Of a stretch of 32,000 bases of DNA, positions 20,312 to 29,126 are shown one piece after another. Under the pieces are notes generated by a model. The model searched no databases. It was not told where the DNA came from and saw only the letters and a list, made by a program, of their open reading frames with translations. A program made the position numbers and the translations under genes. The DNA is from Opitutales bacterium. GTDB lineage: Bacteria; Verrucomicrobiota; Verrucomicrobiia; Opitutales; PNEW01. Every line of letters starts with the position of its first letter. The stretch's first letter is position 1. The DNA is taken from NCBI GenBank assembly GCA_965219535.1, contig CBDCNV010000002.1, positions 810,001 to 842,000 on the forward strand, given 5' to 3'.

Positions 20312-21862
20312 ATGAATAACCGGAACGCTGATGTCATCGTCATTGGCGCAGGTCACAATGGATTAGTGTGTGCCGGTTATCTCGCGAAAGCGGGTCTCGA
20401 TGTTCTTGTTGTAGAACGTAGTAACCGCATTGGTGGAGCCTGTGTCTCGGAGGAACTCACCCCCGGGTATATTTTTTCAACTTTTGCCTACGCCGCCCAT
20501 GGTCCCGGATCAAAGATCTGCCGCGATCTCGAAATCCCCGCCAATGCTTTTACGATCGTGCCAACCGATCCGGGGATGTTTTTACCCTTCCCCGATGGTG
20601 ATCATTGCATCCTTTGGGCGGATAGAGAAAAAACCGCGCGAGATCTTGAGAGATTTGGGCTCCGTGAAGGTTCGGGGTATCTAGCTTACAATCAATTTCT
20701 GGAATCAGCTACTCATGTGATGCAATCCATTTTTCTTGAACCACCGCCGACGCATAAAGCGCTTTATGATCGTTTCGCGGGAACCCCCTATGAAGTGGCG
20801 CTCGAAGCCATGCTGACGCGCAGTCATTGGGATGTCATTTGCGATTATTTTGAAACAGAAAAAGTCCGCTGCGCAATGGCGCGATCTGATGATGTCGGTT
20901 ACCCAACAGCTGTAGGATCGCTGCTCGCTGACATTATGGAGAGCGCATCCGAAGGAGCGGGTGTAGAAAATATTTCAGGGCTTCCCGACGGTGGGATGGG
21001 GATGATTACCGCCGCATTAGCTGCCGCCGTTAGACGCTATGGCGCGGAGATCCGCACTGAATCTCCGGTTGAGAGAGTACTAATTCAAAACGGACAAGCA
21101 ACAGGGGTGAGACTGTCAGGGGGTGAAACGCTCACCGCTCGAATGGTCGTTTCTAACGCCGACCCCAAACGCACATTCCTTAAACTCATAGATCGGCATG
21201 AACTTGACAGCGGATTTCGCGAATCCGTTACCCGCATAAAGACACGCGCTAATTATATGAAATACCATGCCGTGATTAGTGCAGCGCCACCTTTTACCGC
21301 TATACCCCCTGAACTGGCTGATGATCCCCGTCTTCTCGCTTCCATGCGAATAAGCCCGAGCTTATCCTATATGGAAAACGCCTGGCTTGATGCCCAACAG
21401 GGATTACCCTCACGTCAGCCGGTAATGAGCTTACAACTGCCTACCGCTTACTTACCGCACATGGCTAAACCTGGTAAACACATCTTTGGCGCTTGGGTGC
21501 GTTATGGTCCGCCTGAACCTAAAATGTCTAACGACGCGTTAAGGGATGAAAGTTTAAAAAATATAATCGCCACCTTGGAATCCTATGCGCCTGGATTCAG
21601 TGATTTGATTGAATGGCAACGTCTATACACTAACTTCGACATCGAAAATGAGACCGGCATTACTAACGCGAGTATCCGGCATGTGGACATGACCCTGGAT
21701 CAAATGCTCTACCGCCGTCCACTGCCTTCCTGGAGCGCTTACAAGTCGCCGATCGAAGGTTTATGGATGTGCGGTTCGGGCACCCACCCCTGTGGATCGG
21801 TTACCGGAGCGCCCGGTCACAATGCAGCCCATGCAATCCTTTCCGAACGTGGGATGGGGTAA
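20312..21862 (+). CDS. NAD(P)/FAD-dependent oxidoreductase, phytoene-desaturase (CrtI)-like family
   Basis: 516 aa. The N-terminal dinucleotide-binding motif is DVIVIGAGHNGLVCAGYLAKAGLDVLVVERSNRIGGA. The C-terminal motif GSGTHPCGSVTGAPG is typical of this family. Confidence 0.75.
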   Translation: MNNRNADVIVIGAGHNGLVCAGYLAKAGLDVLVVERSNRIGGACVSEELTPGYIFSTFAYAAHGPGSKICRDLEIPANAFTIVPTDPGMFLPFPDGDHCILWADREKTARDLERFGLREGSGYLAYNQFLESATHVMQSIFLEPPPTHKALYDRFAGTPYEVALEAMLTRSHWDVICDYFETEKVRCAMARSDDVGYPTAVGSLLADIMESASEGAGVENISGLPDGGMGMITAALAAAVRRYGAEIRTESPVERVLIQNGQATGVRLSGGETLTARMVVSNADPKRTFLKLIDRHELDSGFRESVTRIKTRANYMKYHAVISAAPPFTAIPPELADDPRLLASMRISPSLSYMENAWLDAQQGLPSRQPVMSLQLPTAYLPHMAKPGKHIFGAWVRYGPPEPKMSNDALRDESLKNIIATLESYAPGFSDLIEWQRLYTNFDIENETGITNASIRHVDMTLDQMLYRRPLPSWSAYKSPIEGLWMCGSGTHPCGSVTGAPGHNAAHAILSERGMG

Positions 21863-21867
21863 AATAC

Positions 21868-22012
21868 CACGGATTACGCTGATAACACGGATTAATTACT
21901 GCAGATTACGCGTAAAAGTTTCTATATGGGGATAAAGTATTCCATCGTGTAGGGAGTCGCCATAACAACACTCCATAACTCAACATCCGCAACCATCCGC
22001 GTGGTCCGCGGT
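21868..22012. repeat. Cluster of short direct and inverted repeats in a convergent intergenic region
   Basis: CACGGATTA occurs at 21868 and 21886, and CAGATTACGCG at 21902. On the right side CATCCGC occurs at 21984 and 21994 and GTCCGCG at 22004, in 10-bp phase; these resemble the inverted complement (GCGGATG) of the left units. A small hairpin ccgcg-tggtc-cgcgg lies at 21997-22011. Confidence 0.55.
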
Positions 22013-22025
22013 CAATGATTGAATA

Positions 22026-22913
22026 TCAGCCGAGGATTTTCTGGGGTTCGTAATCGGGGATAGCCCCATCTTGTGAAGCGACGTAAGCGCCGAGCCGACA
22101 GCAACGATTAATAAAATCTGGATTGCGGTCGGCATCGCCGTTAATCACACCTTGAATGAAAGCGGCCATAAAGGCATCCCCGGCACCTATGGTGTCTCGT
22201 ACTTCGGTCGCTATTGCGCACCCTTTTATCAAGTGGCCATCATTGAAATAAATAGCGCCCTTTTCTGCCAGGGTTACGCAAATGCGGCGAACCCCAGTCT
22301 TTTCGACCAGTTTCTCGATGAGACTTTCACATCCGGATGACTTGATTGTTCCCCCCGATATTTTTTCCAGTTCTTCTTCATTCAATTTGAGAATATCCGT
22401 TTTTTCTATGAGAGTGAAGACAAGATCGAGATTATCGTAGGGTGCCCTCAGGTTGACGTCAAAAATCCTGAGCAGCCCCTTTTCATTGAGCATACGGGTC
22501 AAGGTTTCTAAATTAGGATTGGAACGAGCGTCGAGTGAACCAAATACAATAGCATCAGCTTTTTTGACAGCCTCAAGCAGTGCCTTGCTTAATACAATAC
22601 GATCCCATGCTACATTTTCATGAATGGTATAGCTGGCATTACCTTTTGCATCGAGGGTGACTTTAACCGTCCCTGTTGGTAGATCGTCATGTTGTTCCAC
22701 CAAATAGGTGTCAACCTGGTTCATCTTCATTCTCTCGAGCGCTTCTTCACCCAGAAAATCCTTTCCCACGGCTGAAACCATAGTGACTTCAGCACCAAGC
22801 TTAGATAAATGGGCCGCGACATTGAGGGGTGCACCTCCTAAAAAAATTCCTCGCGGAAGTACATCCCACAAGACTGCACCAAAGCTTACAACTCTCATAG
22901 TTTTATAATGCAA
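22026..22913 (-). CDS. PfkB-family carbohydrate kinase (fructokinase-like)
   Basis: 295 aa. It has SFGAVLWDV...LGGAPLNVAAHLSKLG near the N-terminus and the PfkB signature GAGDAFMAAF near the C-terminus. Confidence 0.8.
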   Translation of the reverse strand: MHYKTMRVVSFGAVLWDVLPRGIFLGGAPLNVAAHLSKLGAEVTMVSAVGKDFLGEEALERMKMNQVDTYLVEQHDDLPTGTVKVTLDAKGNASYTIHENVAWDRIVLSKALLEAVKKADAIVFGSLDARSNPNLETLTRMLNEKGLLRIFDVNLRAPYDNLDLVFTLIEKTDILKLNEEELEKISGGTIKSSGCESLIEKLVEKTGVRRICVTLAEKGAIYFNDGHLIKGCAIATEVRDTIGAGDAFMAAFIQGVINGDADRNPDFINRCCRLGAYVASQDGAIPDYEPQKILG

Positions 22914-23106
22914 TAGGTCTATTCGTAAAATGCTTCAAGGTTTTCCCGCACCCTATTTTCAACTTCGATTAGAAAATGATCCATTCTCCTAAATGAAGGG
23001 TTAGGATTATGAAAAAGATTACGATTATAGGAATAAGCGTGATAAGAATAAATCAATGGCACATCCATGCTTGCTTCAACACTAGGGGCGTCTAATTTTG
23101 ATTTAA

Positions 23107-25227
23107 ATGGATCCTGAAGAGGCATTACGGAAATACTTTAGGTTCGATGCGTTCAGACCTGGCCAGGATGATATTATTAATGCGCTTCTGGCGGGTGAAG
23201 ATGTTCTTGTCGTCATGCCAACAGGTGGTGGCAAGTCTTTATGCTATCAGTTACCCGCGCTTATGAAAGCGGGTGCGGCCGTGGTCGTATCGCCGCTTAT
23301 CGCCCTGATGAAAGATCAGGTTGATACGCTGAATTCCCAGGGGATCGCCGCCTCGTTTATCAACAGTAGCTTGAGCCCAAGTGAACAGAGACGTGTTTTA
23401 CAAGAGGTGTCCGCGGGAAAGGTTAAGCTACTTTATATCGCGCCGGAACGTTTTCGTGACTTGCGGTTTACGACGGCTCTCGCCGCGGTTGATATTTCAT
23501 ATTTTGCGATTGATGAAGCACATTGCGTGTCGATGTGGGGACATGATTTCCGGCCGGATTATTTACGCGTCGGAGAAGAGATAGGACGATTAGGCAGGCT
23601 GCCCATCGCGGCCTTTACGGCAACCGCCACGCCGGAAGTTCGCGCAGATATTCTCACCGCGCTCCACTTAAAGGATCCCCAGCAGTTTATCACCGGATTT
23701 GAACGCCCCAACCTGGAGTTTCGCGTCACGCGGACGAATAAAGATGCTGATAAGTATGCCAACCTCAGTGGTCTAATAGAAAAATATAAAACCGGTATCA
23801 TATATTGCGCTACGCGAAAAAAGGTCGAAGAGGTAGCGGACAAACTCAACGCCTGGGATGTAGCTCATGTCTCCTATCACGGGGGGATGGACGATGATTT
23901 CCGCACCGAAGCACAAGAGGCTTTTTTAACGAGACGAGCGGATGTTGTCGTTGCAACTAACGCCTTCGGGATGGGCATTGACCGGTCCGATCTCCGCTTT
24001 ATAGCCCATTTTGAAATGCCTGGAAGCGTCGAAGCGTATTATCAGGAAGCGGGTCGTGCGGGGCGAGATGGATTGCCGGCAGTCTGTGATCTATTCTTCC
24101 GCCACAATGATCGACGGGTCCAGGAATTTTTTATCGAGGGGAGCAATCCCGGTAAATCATTGATCGTCGATCTCTACACTCATTTGCGTCAATTGTCCGG
24201 CGATACGCCAGAAGTACTTATTTCAATAAATAATTTATCGGAAAAGATGGAAATAGGAAATACGATGGCGGTTGGCACGGCGCTCATCCATTTATCGCGC
24301 CATGGATATATAGAGCGGTACGATATACCCGGGAAGCGCATTCGCGGAACTCGATTACTCAACCCGGATTTAAGGCCCCATGATCTACAAATTGACACCG
24401 ATGCACTGGCGAAAAAAGAACGTCGTGACCGAGCAAAATTGGAATCGATGCTGGAATACGCTCAAGCTTCGGATTGTCGCCAGGTTTGGATTCTGAATTA
24501 TTTCGGAGAGCGTAATGCTCGGCCTTGTGGGCGCTGCGATCACTGTCAGCTTGTCGCTCCGGAAGGCATCCGTGAACCGACCAATGATGAAAAAGTCATT
24601 TTACAAAAAGCCTTGAGCGGTATTGCCCGAATGTCCTATCGCAGTGGCTTGGAAGGCTGGCGCCCCCGCTTTGGACGGTTGCGCATTATTGAAATGTTAA
24701 GTGGCAGTCAACGGGCAGAAATTTTTCAAAACGAACTCGATAAACTGTCAACTTATGGAATTCTTCAAAAAGAGGGTACTGAATATTTGCGGGGTCTGTT
24801 TGACGACATCTTACGCGCTGGCCTGATACGGCGCACGGGGGGGCAATACCCCCTGATTTCTTTAACGCCTTTAGGTGATGCGGTGATGAAAGGAGATGAG
24901 ACGGTGAAACTTGCATGGTCAAATTTCCGGCGCGCAAAATCAAGTAGGGAGAGTAAAGGTCCACTGCCACCTCAGTTGGAAGGTGAATTGGATACCAGTC
25001 TATTTGAGACACTTAAGAAAAAGAGACTTGCCCTGGCATTGCCGCGCAAATTGCCACCGCACTATATCTTTACCACGCGAACCTTAAAAGAACTGGCGAT
25101 GGCTAAACCGTTGACTATAGAGGAAGCACAGCATCTTCATGGAATTGGTAAAATCAACAGTCATAAATGGCTGCCGGAATTTTTGCCGATCATCGCGGAG
25201 AATCTGGCAAAAAGCTCAAATAAATAG
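23107..25227 (+). CDS. recQ: ATP-dependent DNA helicase RecQ
   Basis: 706 aa. It has FRPGQ, Walker A MPTGGGKSLCYQ, DEAH (IDEAHCVSMWGHDFRPDY), the Zn motif CR...CGRCDHC, and a C-terminal HRDC-like segment. Confidence 0.9.
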   Translation: MDPEEALRKYFRFDAFRPGQDDIINALLAGEDVLVVMPTGGGKSLCYQLPALMKAGAAVVVSPLIALMKDQVDTLNSQGIAASFINSSLSPSEQRRVLQEVSAGKVKLLYIAPERFRDLRFTTALAAVDISYFAIDEAHCVSMWGHDFRPDYLRVGEEIGRLGRLPIAAFTATATPEVRADILTALHLKDPQQFITGFERPNLEFRVTRTNKDADKYANLSGLIEKYKTGIIYCATRKKVEEVADKLNAWDVAHVSYHGGMDDDFRTEAQEAFLTRRADVVVATNAFGMGIDRSDLRFIAHFEMPGSVEAYYQEAGRAGRDGLPAVCDLFFRHNDRRVQEFFIEGSNPGKSLIVDLYTHLRQLSGDTPEVLISINNLSEKMEIGNTMAVGTALIHLSRHGYIERYDIPGKRIRGTRLLNPDLRPHDLQIDTDALAKKERRDRAKLESMLEYAQASDCRQVWILNYFGERNARPCGRCDHCQLVAPEGIREPTNDEKVILQKALSGIARMSYRSGLEGWRPRFGRLRIIEMLSGSQRAEIFQNELDKLSTYGILQKEGTEYLRGLFDDILRAGLIRRTGGQYPLISLTPLGDAVMKGDETVKLAWSNFRRAKSSRESKGPLPPQLEGELDTSLFETLKKKRLALALPRKLPPHYIFTTRTLKELAMAKPLTIEEAQHLHGIGKINSHKWLPEFLPIIAENLAKSSNK

Positions 25228-25343
25228 AAAAAAAAGAGCCAGCTTATCTCTCAAAAGGAAAATCTGGCGATTAGTAATTGCCATTGTCTTAAATACCATC
25301 AAGTGCTTTTCTCTGATTTTAAATAACCTTCAACGAAGATACG

Positions 25344-26222
25344 ATGAAAGCGAGAACAACAATAACGGGAAACTTTAACATCGGATTTTGCCGCGGGGGC
25401 AGCCCCTGGCAAAAGAATTTAAGTGAGCTCATCAATTGGGCGCTGGATGTTGGTTACGGGTCTATCGATTTGGGTACAGATGGAGATAAAACTGCAGACA
25501 GTGTAATTAATGCGGGGCTTAAAGTTGGGACGTGCACACTTCCGGATATGCAAGGCATGCTTTCATCTGAAAAAAAAGATAGAGATAGCGCGGTTGCTGA
25601 TAACAGTGCTTATATCGAAACCTGTAACGCCAGTGGAGTAGATAACTTTTTCGTTGTTATGCTTCCTACGGATCCGCAAAGGGAACGTAAGGATAACTTC
25701 AGTTATATGATCGATAGTTATTCACGCTTGGTCCCTGTTCTCGAAAAAACAGCTAGTTGCGTGGTTGTTGAAGGCTGGCCTGGGCCGGGTGTGCTCTGCT
25801 GTACGCCGGAAACTTATAGGGCACTCTTCAATGAAATTCCATCCTCTGCCATGGGAGTCAATTATGATCCCTCTCATCTCTTGCGGATGGGAATTGATCC
25901 CCTGCGCTTTCTTAATGAATTTATCGACAGGATTTACCACGTTCATGGTAAAGATACCGAGATCATAGAAGAAGGTCTTTATGAATACGGTCATGAACAA
26001 GACGCGACCTTCGCGGAAAAAATCTCATTCGGCAATCAAGCCTGGCGCTATACGATTCCCGGCCACGGGGTGATGCGGTGGCTGGAAGCTTTTGACCGTC
26101 TGGACGAAGGGGGTTATAAAGGGATTATCAGTGTGGAACTGGAGGACGCCAATTTTAATGGTAGTGAAGAAGGGGAAAAGGTGGGCCTTTTAAAATCCCT
26201 GCAGTACCTCGAAGGGTGCTGA
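25344..26222 (+). CDS. Sugar-phosphate isomerase/epimerase (xylose-isomerase-like TIM barrel)
   Basis: 292 aa. The segments VNYDPSHLLRMGIDP, HVHGKD and ISVELED are typical metal-ligand segments of this fold. Confidence 0.75.
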   Translation: MKARTTITGNFNIGFCRGGSPWQKNLSELINWALDVGYGSIDLGTDGDKTADSVINAGLKVGTCTLPDMQGMLSSEKKDRDSAVADNSAYIETCNASGVDNFFVVMLPTDPQRERKDNFSYMIDSYSRLVPVLEKTASCVVVEGWPGPGVLCCTPETYRALFNEIPSSAMGVNYDPSHLLRMGIDPLRFLNEFIDRIYHVHGKDTEIIEEGLYEYGHEQDATFAEKISFGNQAWRYTIPGHGVMRWLEAFDRLDEGGYKGIISVELEDANFNGSEEGEKVGLLKSLQYLEGC

Positions 26223-26244
26223 TATAATTGTTCTCACGTAGATA

Positions 26245-26997
26245 ATGGAAAATAATTTATATGAATCAGACCAGCTGCTGAACGAGTATTTACTTTTCCA
26301 CTATGGAAAGCCTTCTGAAGTATTACCTTATGATTTCGGTCCAAGTGATGCCTTGAATTTTCCTTACCGGTGCGTCGACACATGCCTCGATCATAAAATA
26401 TTACCCGAGGGAGCACGAGCCTTAGATCTCGGATGTGCGGTGGGGCGGTCAAGTTTTGAATTAGCGCGACACTGCGCGGAAGTTGTCGGGTTGGATTACT
26501 CGGAAAATTTTATTCGCGCGGCGAACTTTCTTAAAGATAAAGGTAAATTACCTTATGAAATTAAAATAACCGGTGATATCTGTGCCCCTACTGTGGCCGA
26601 AGTTTCAGATGAAATAGATCGTGAACGCTTGAGATTTAAGGTTGCTGATGCGCATGAATTACCGCCTGAATTAAGCAATTTTGATGTCGTCCTCGCGGCG
26701 AATCTCCTTTGCCGCATGCATAACCCCAGGCAGTTACTCGCCCGTTTCCCCGACCTGGTGAAACCAGGTGGACAATTAATCTTAACGACACCTCACTCCT
26801 GGATGGATACCTATACCGCACGTAAGAATTGGCTCGGGGCAACACCGGAAGCGGGCCAGCCCGTTGAGACAATTAAAAAAGAAATGGCATCCTCATTTAG
26901 TCTCACTGACTGTAGGGATATGCCTTTTCTTATCCGCGAACATGCGAGAAAATTTCAATGGAGTGTGGCCGAGGCAACTTTATGGCGTCGTCTCTAG
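26245..26997 (+). CDS. Class I SAM-dependent methyltransferase
   Basis: 250 aa with motif I ALDLGCAVGRSSFELA. The N-terminus (YESDQLLNEYLLFHYG) resembles, from memory only, the stand-alone homologues of the OvoA C-terminal methyltransferase domain. The specific substrate is not inferable. Confidence 0.7.
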   Translation: MENNLYESDQLLNEYLLFHYGKPSEVLPYDFGPSDALNFPYRCVDTCLDHKILPEGARALDLGCAVGRSSFELARHCAEVVGLDYSENFIRAANFLKDKGKLPYEIKITGDICAPTVAEVSDEIDRERLRFKVADAHELPPELSNFDVVLAANLLCRMHNPRQLLARFPDLVKPGGQLILTTPHSWMDTYTARKNWLGATPEAGQPVETIKKEMASSFSLTDCRDMPFLIREHARKFQWSVAEATLWRRL

Positions 26998-27015
26998 CCG
27001 ATGTTGTCGGTATCT

Positions 27016-27051
27016 AAAAAAAGCCACCTTCCAGGGGGGTAGAAGGTGGCT
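27016..27051 (-). terminator. Rho-independent terminator, minus-strand orientation
   Basis: A perfect 10-bp stem pairs AGCCACCTTC (27022-27031) with GAAGGTGGCT (27042-27051) across a 10-nt loop. On the minus strand it is followed by a T7 run (A-run 27016-22 on plus). It lies about 20 nt after the stop of the convergent methyltransferase gene. Confidence 0.8.
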
Positions 27052-27160
27052 TAGGGATAAGACTAGCCGTTCTCTAAACCAGTCTTATTTAGGTCGCTTT
27101 TTATCACTTGGGCTAATTTGCCCTTTTGGCTGTCTCTATCAGCCAAAGATCATATTTTAA
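27016..27160 (-). ncRNA. Candidate structured small RNA, or a structured tetR 3' UTR
   Basis: Minus-strand promoter-like elements: TTGACT (rc of 27189-27194), a 17-nt spacer, TAATAA (rc of 27166-27171). Four hairpins follow: 27125-27147 (8 bp), 27110-27123 (4 bp GC), 27057-27088 (8 bp perfect) and the terminator at 27022-27051. There is no ORF longer than 14 codons. Confidence 0.3.
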
Positions 27161-27248
27161 GTCTATTATTAAAAATATTTAACTGTTTAGTCAATTATAG
27201 TTACAAACTCTCACAATAAGAGAGGGTCGATTTATATTTAATCAAAAA

Positions 27249-27869
27249 TTAAGAATCATTAGCCGGGGGGTTATTCCCTGAATTCGTAATCAAACTGCGT
27301 AAGTTTGGAATAAGGTTAGTAATGATAGCCGGGTCGTCCTGAATTTTTGCTTGAAGGATCAGGCCACAAAGGCATCCAAAGACCGCATCGGTTATATTCT
27401 CAATATCCCCGTTTAATTCACCTGCTTCCCGGGCGTCTTGTAAAGCGGAGGCGAGGTATACTTTATAACGATCAAAGATATCATCTATTTTTTCCCGCAA
27501 ATCATCATCCCGCGTACTTAATTCGCTCCCTAGATTGCAAAAAGGGCATCCGGGCACTTTACCCCAATCACGCTGCTTTTGCTTTTGATAATCGCTCATA
27601 TTGCGAAAGAGATTTTCAATGCGCTGAACGGGCGCGATTTCCGGATCGAAAGCGGGTTCAATAACTGATCCTTGTAAATCTTTCCACCAGGCATCAATCG
27701 AAGCGAAGATAATCGCTGATTTCGAAGTAAAGAAGTGATATACACTCCCTTTATTCACACCCGCGTCTTCGCAGAGATTATCAACGCTGACCGAGCCGTA
27801 GCTTCGATCCCAAAAGTTTCGCACGGCAGCAGCAATAATTCGCTCTTTGGCATTACTTTTACGCCCCAT
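27249..27869 (-). CDS. TetR/AcrR-family transcriptional regulator
   Basis: 206 aa. The N-terminal HTH is RIIAAAVRNFWDRSYGSVSVDNLCEDAGVNKGSVYHFFTSK. Confidence 0.8.
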   Translation of the reverse strand: MGRKSNAKERIIAAAVRNFWDRSYGSVSVDNLCEDAGVNKGSVYHFFTSKSAIIFASIDAWWKDLQGSVIEPAFDPEIAPVQRIENLFRNMSDYQKQKQRDWGKVPGCPFCNLGSELSTRDDDLREKIDDIFDRYKVYLASALQDAREAGELNGDIENITDAVFGCLCGLILQAKIQDDPAIITNLIPNLRSLITNSGNNPPANDS

Positions 27870-27960
27870 AAACCATTTAGTTGACTAATAAGTAAAGAAT
27901 ATCAATCAACCCTGCTCGGCAAGCATTAAATACCGTCAGTAAATGAGGATGAATGAATTA

Positions 27961-28608
27961 TCATTCAGGGGGAACGAATGGTCCCCCCTCACGGTTACTT
28001 CGGGGGGTATCCTGGTGATTCCTTGTCTCATTCATTTCCTCAGTCATTGGAGAATTAGACAACTGATTCTTCCTCGCATTGTGAATGATGTTGCGGTGGA
28101 ATTGACGTCGTTCCTCGGGTGACAAATGCTGAACTTTTCTCCGTTCGGCTATGCGTTCTTCAGCGGTCATTTGCAGCCAGCGTTGCCGCATAATAGCACG
28201 TTCTTCGGAGGGTATGCTGTCAAAGCGTTTGCGGAGATCTTCCTGCTGACGGGGGTGAAGTCTTTTGTAAGCTTGCAACTGATTTCGCAAGTTTTCCTTT
28301 TCTTCAGATGACATATTTTCAATCTTTTCGATCGTTTGTCGAATGCGCCGAAGTTTGTCCGGAGGCAACCTGAGGAATCGATCGAGCATGGTCATCTCCT
28401 GAATTTTTTTCTTTTGCTCAGCGGGAGAGAGATCATTGAAATTTTTGGCGGGCGACGACAGTTCTTGATCCAGTCCGTTTATTTGTTGCTCGCTGGAAAA
28501 TGAATAGGGTGTGATGAAAGACAGGATGGCAGAGAGGATCAGCGCATTTAAAGTCGCTGATCTTATACGGAGGTGAATCACCTCAATGAATTGAAGATAA
28601 ATCATCAT
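27961..28608 (-). CDS. Secreted helical-repeat protein (DUF3106-like), third gene of the ECF operon
   Basis: 215 aa with a signal-like N-terminus (ATLNALILSAILSFITPYSFS). It has repeated xxEE[RK]xxxRxxW/L motifs (LSPAEQKKK, MSSEEKENLR, IPSEERAIMRQRW, MTAEERIAERR, LSPEERRQF). Its ATG overlaps the upstream stop (ATGA at 28605-28608). Confidence 0.5.
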   Translation of the reverse strand: MMIYLQFIEVIHLRIRSATLNALILSAILSFITPYSFSSEQQINGLDQELSSPAKNFNDLSPAEQKKKIQEMTMLDRFLRLPPDKLRRIRQTIEKIENMSSEEKENLRNQLQAYKRLHPRQQEDLRKRFDSIPSEERAIMRQRWLQMTAEERIAERRKVQHLSPEERRQFHRNIIHNARKNQLSNSPMTEEMNETRNHQDTPRSNREGGPFVPPE

Positions 28609-29126
28609 TGAATAAATACCTCCATGGACTCGGCGTTGCTATTCTCGAGGAGAAAACTGGCTTCACTGAGGGTTTCGGCAAGAACGAAGAGTTCGTTCAT
28701 GTCGAGCGCTTCACTATTTGCCGTCAGGGTTTGAGTGAGTGGAACGACCCCTGTGCCATTGACCTGGCCATCGATATCCAATTGAGTTGGGCGAAAATTT
28801 TTCGGATAAAAAACGATAAAAGAAATGACAATGACCGCCGCAACCGCACCCCACCATCGCAAGGAGTAAACCACGCGAGTCCCCTTATCACGCCGGGCTT
28901 TTTCATTTTGAATACTTTTAAGCGCAGCGTTCGTAAAAGATTGGCTCGTGGTTACGTTTTGCTCGCCGAGCAGCTGATCAATCTTTTCATCGATGATTGC
29001 GTTATTCTTCTCTTTCTGAAGTCGCGCTAAAGTATTTTCAATGAAGTTGGGAGCGGCTTCAACGGGTAGAGTCGTGAGCAATTCATCGATTCTCTCATCG
29101 AGGTGATCTAAGTCTTGCTTGTTCAT
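28605..29126 (-). CDS. Putative membrane anti-sigma factor (by position and topology only)
   Basis: 173 aa with a single predicted TM segment (WWGAVAAVIVISFIVFY). It has 4-bp start/stop overlaps with the ECF sigma gene upstream and the DUF3106-like gene downstream. No zinc-binding anti-sigma motif is present. Confidence 0.4.
   Translation of the reverse strand: MNKQDLDHLDERIDELLTTLPVEAAPNFIENTLARLQKEKNNAIIDEKIDQLLGEQNVTTSQSFTNAALKSIQNEKARRDKGTRVVYSLRWWGAVAAVIVISFIVFYPKNFRPTQLDIDGQVNGTGVVPLTQTLTANSEALDMNELFVLAETLSEASFLLENSNAESMEVFIQ

Noticed and set aside
22919-23125. 68-aa minus-strand ORF spanning the PfkB/recQ divergent promoter region and overlapping the recQ start.
   Set aside because: It overlaps the recQ start codon and occupies the only available promoter space. 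It has no recognisable motif and is probably spurious.
27187-27890. Recurrent TTAGTCAA / TTGACTAA 8-mer as a possible TetR operator. It occurs at 27187-27194, as the palindrome TTAGTTGACTAA at 27877-27888 just upstream of tetR, and also at 30338-30345.
   Set aside because: A rough count of pairwise comparisons in these AT-rich intergenic regions shows that a shared 8-mer is expected by chance. The motif also contains the generic -35 hexamer TTGAC. The 12-bp palindrome upstream of tetR may still be an operator, but this cannot be supported from this window alone.
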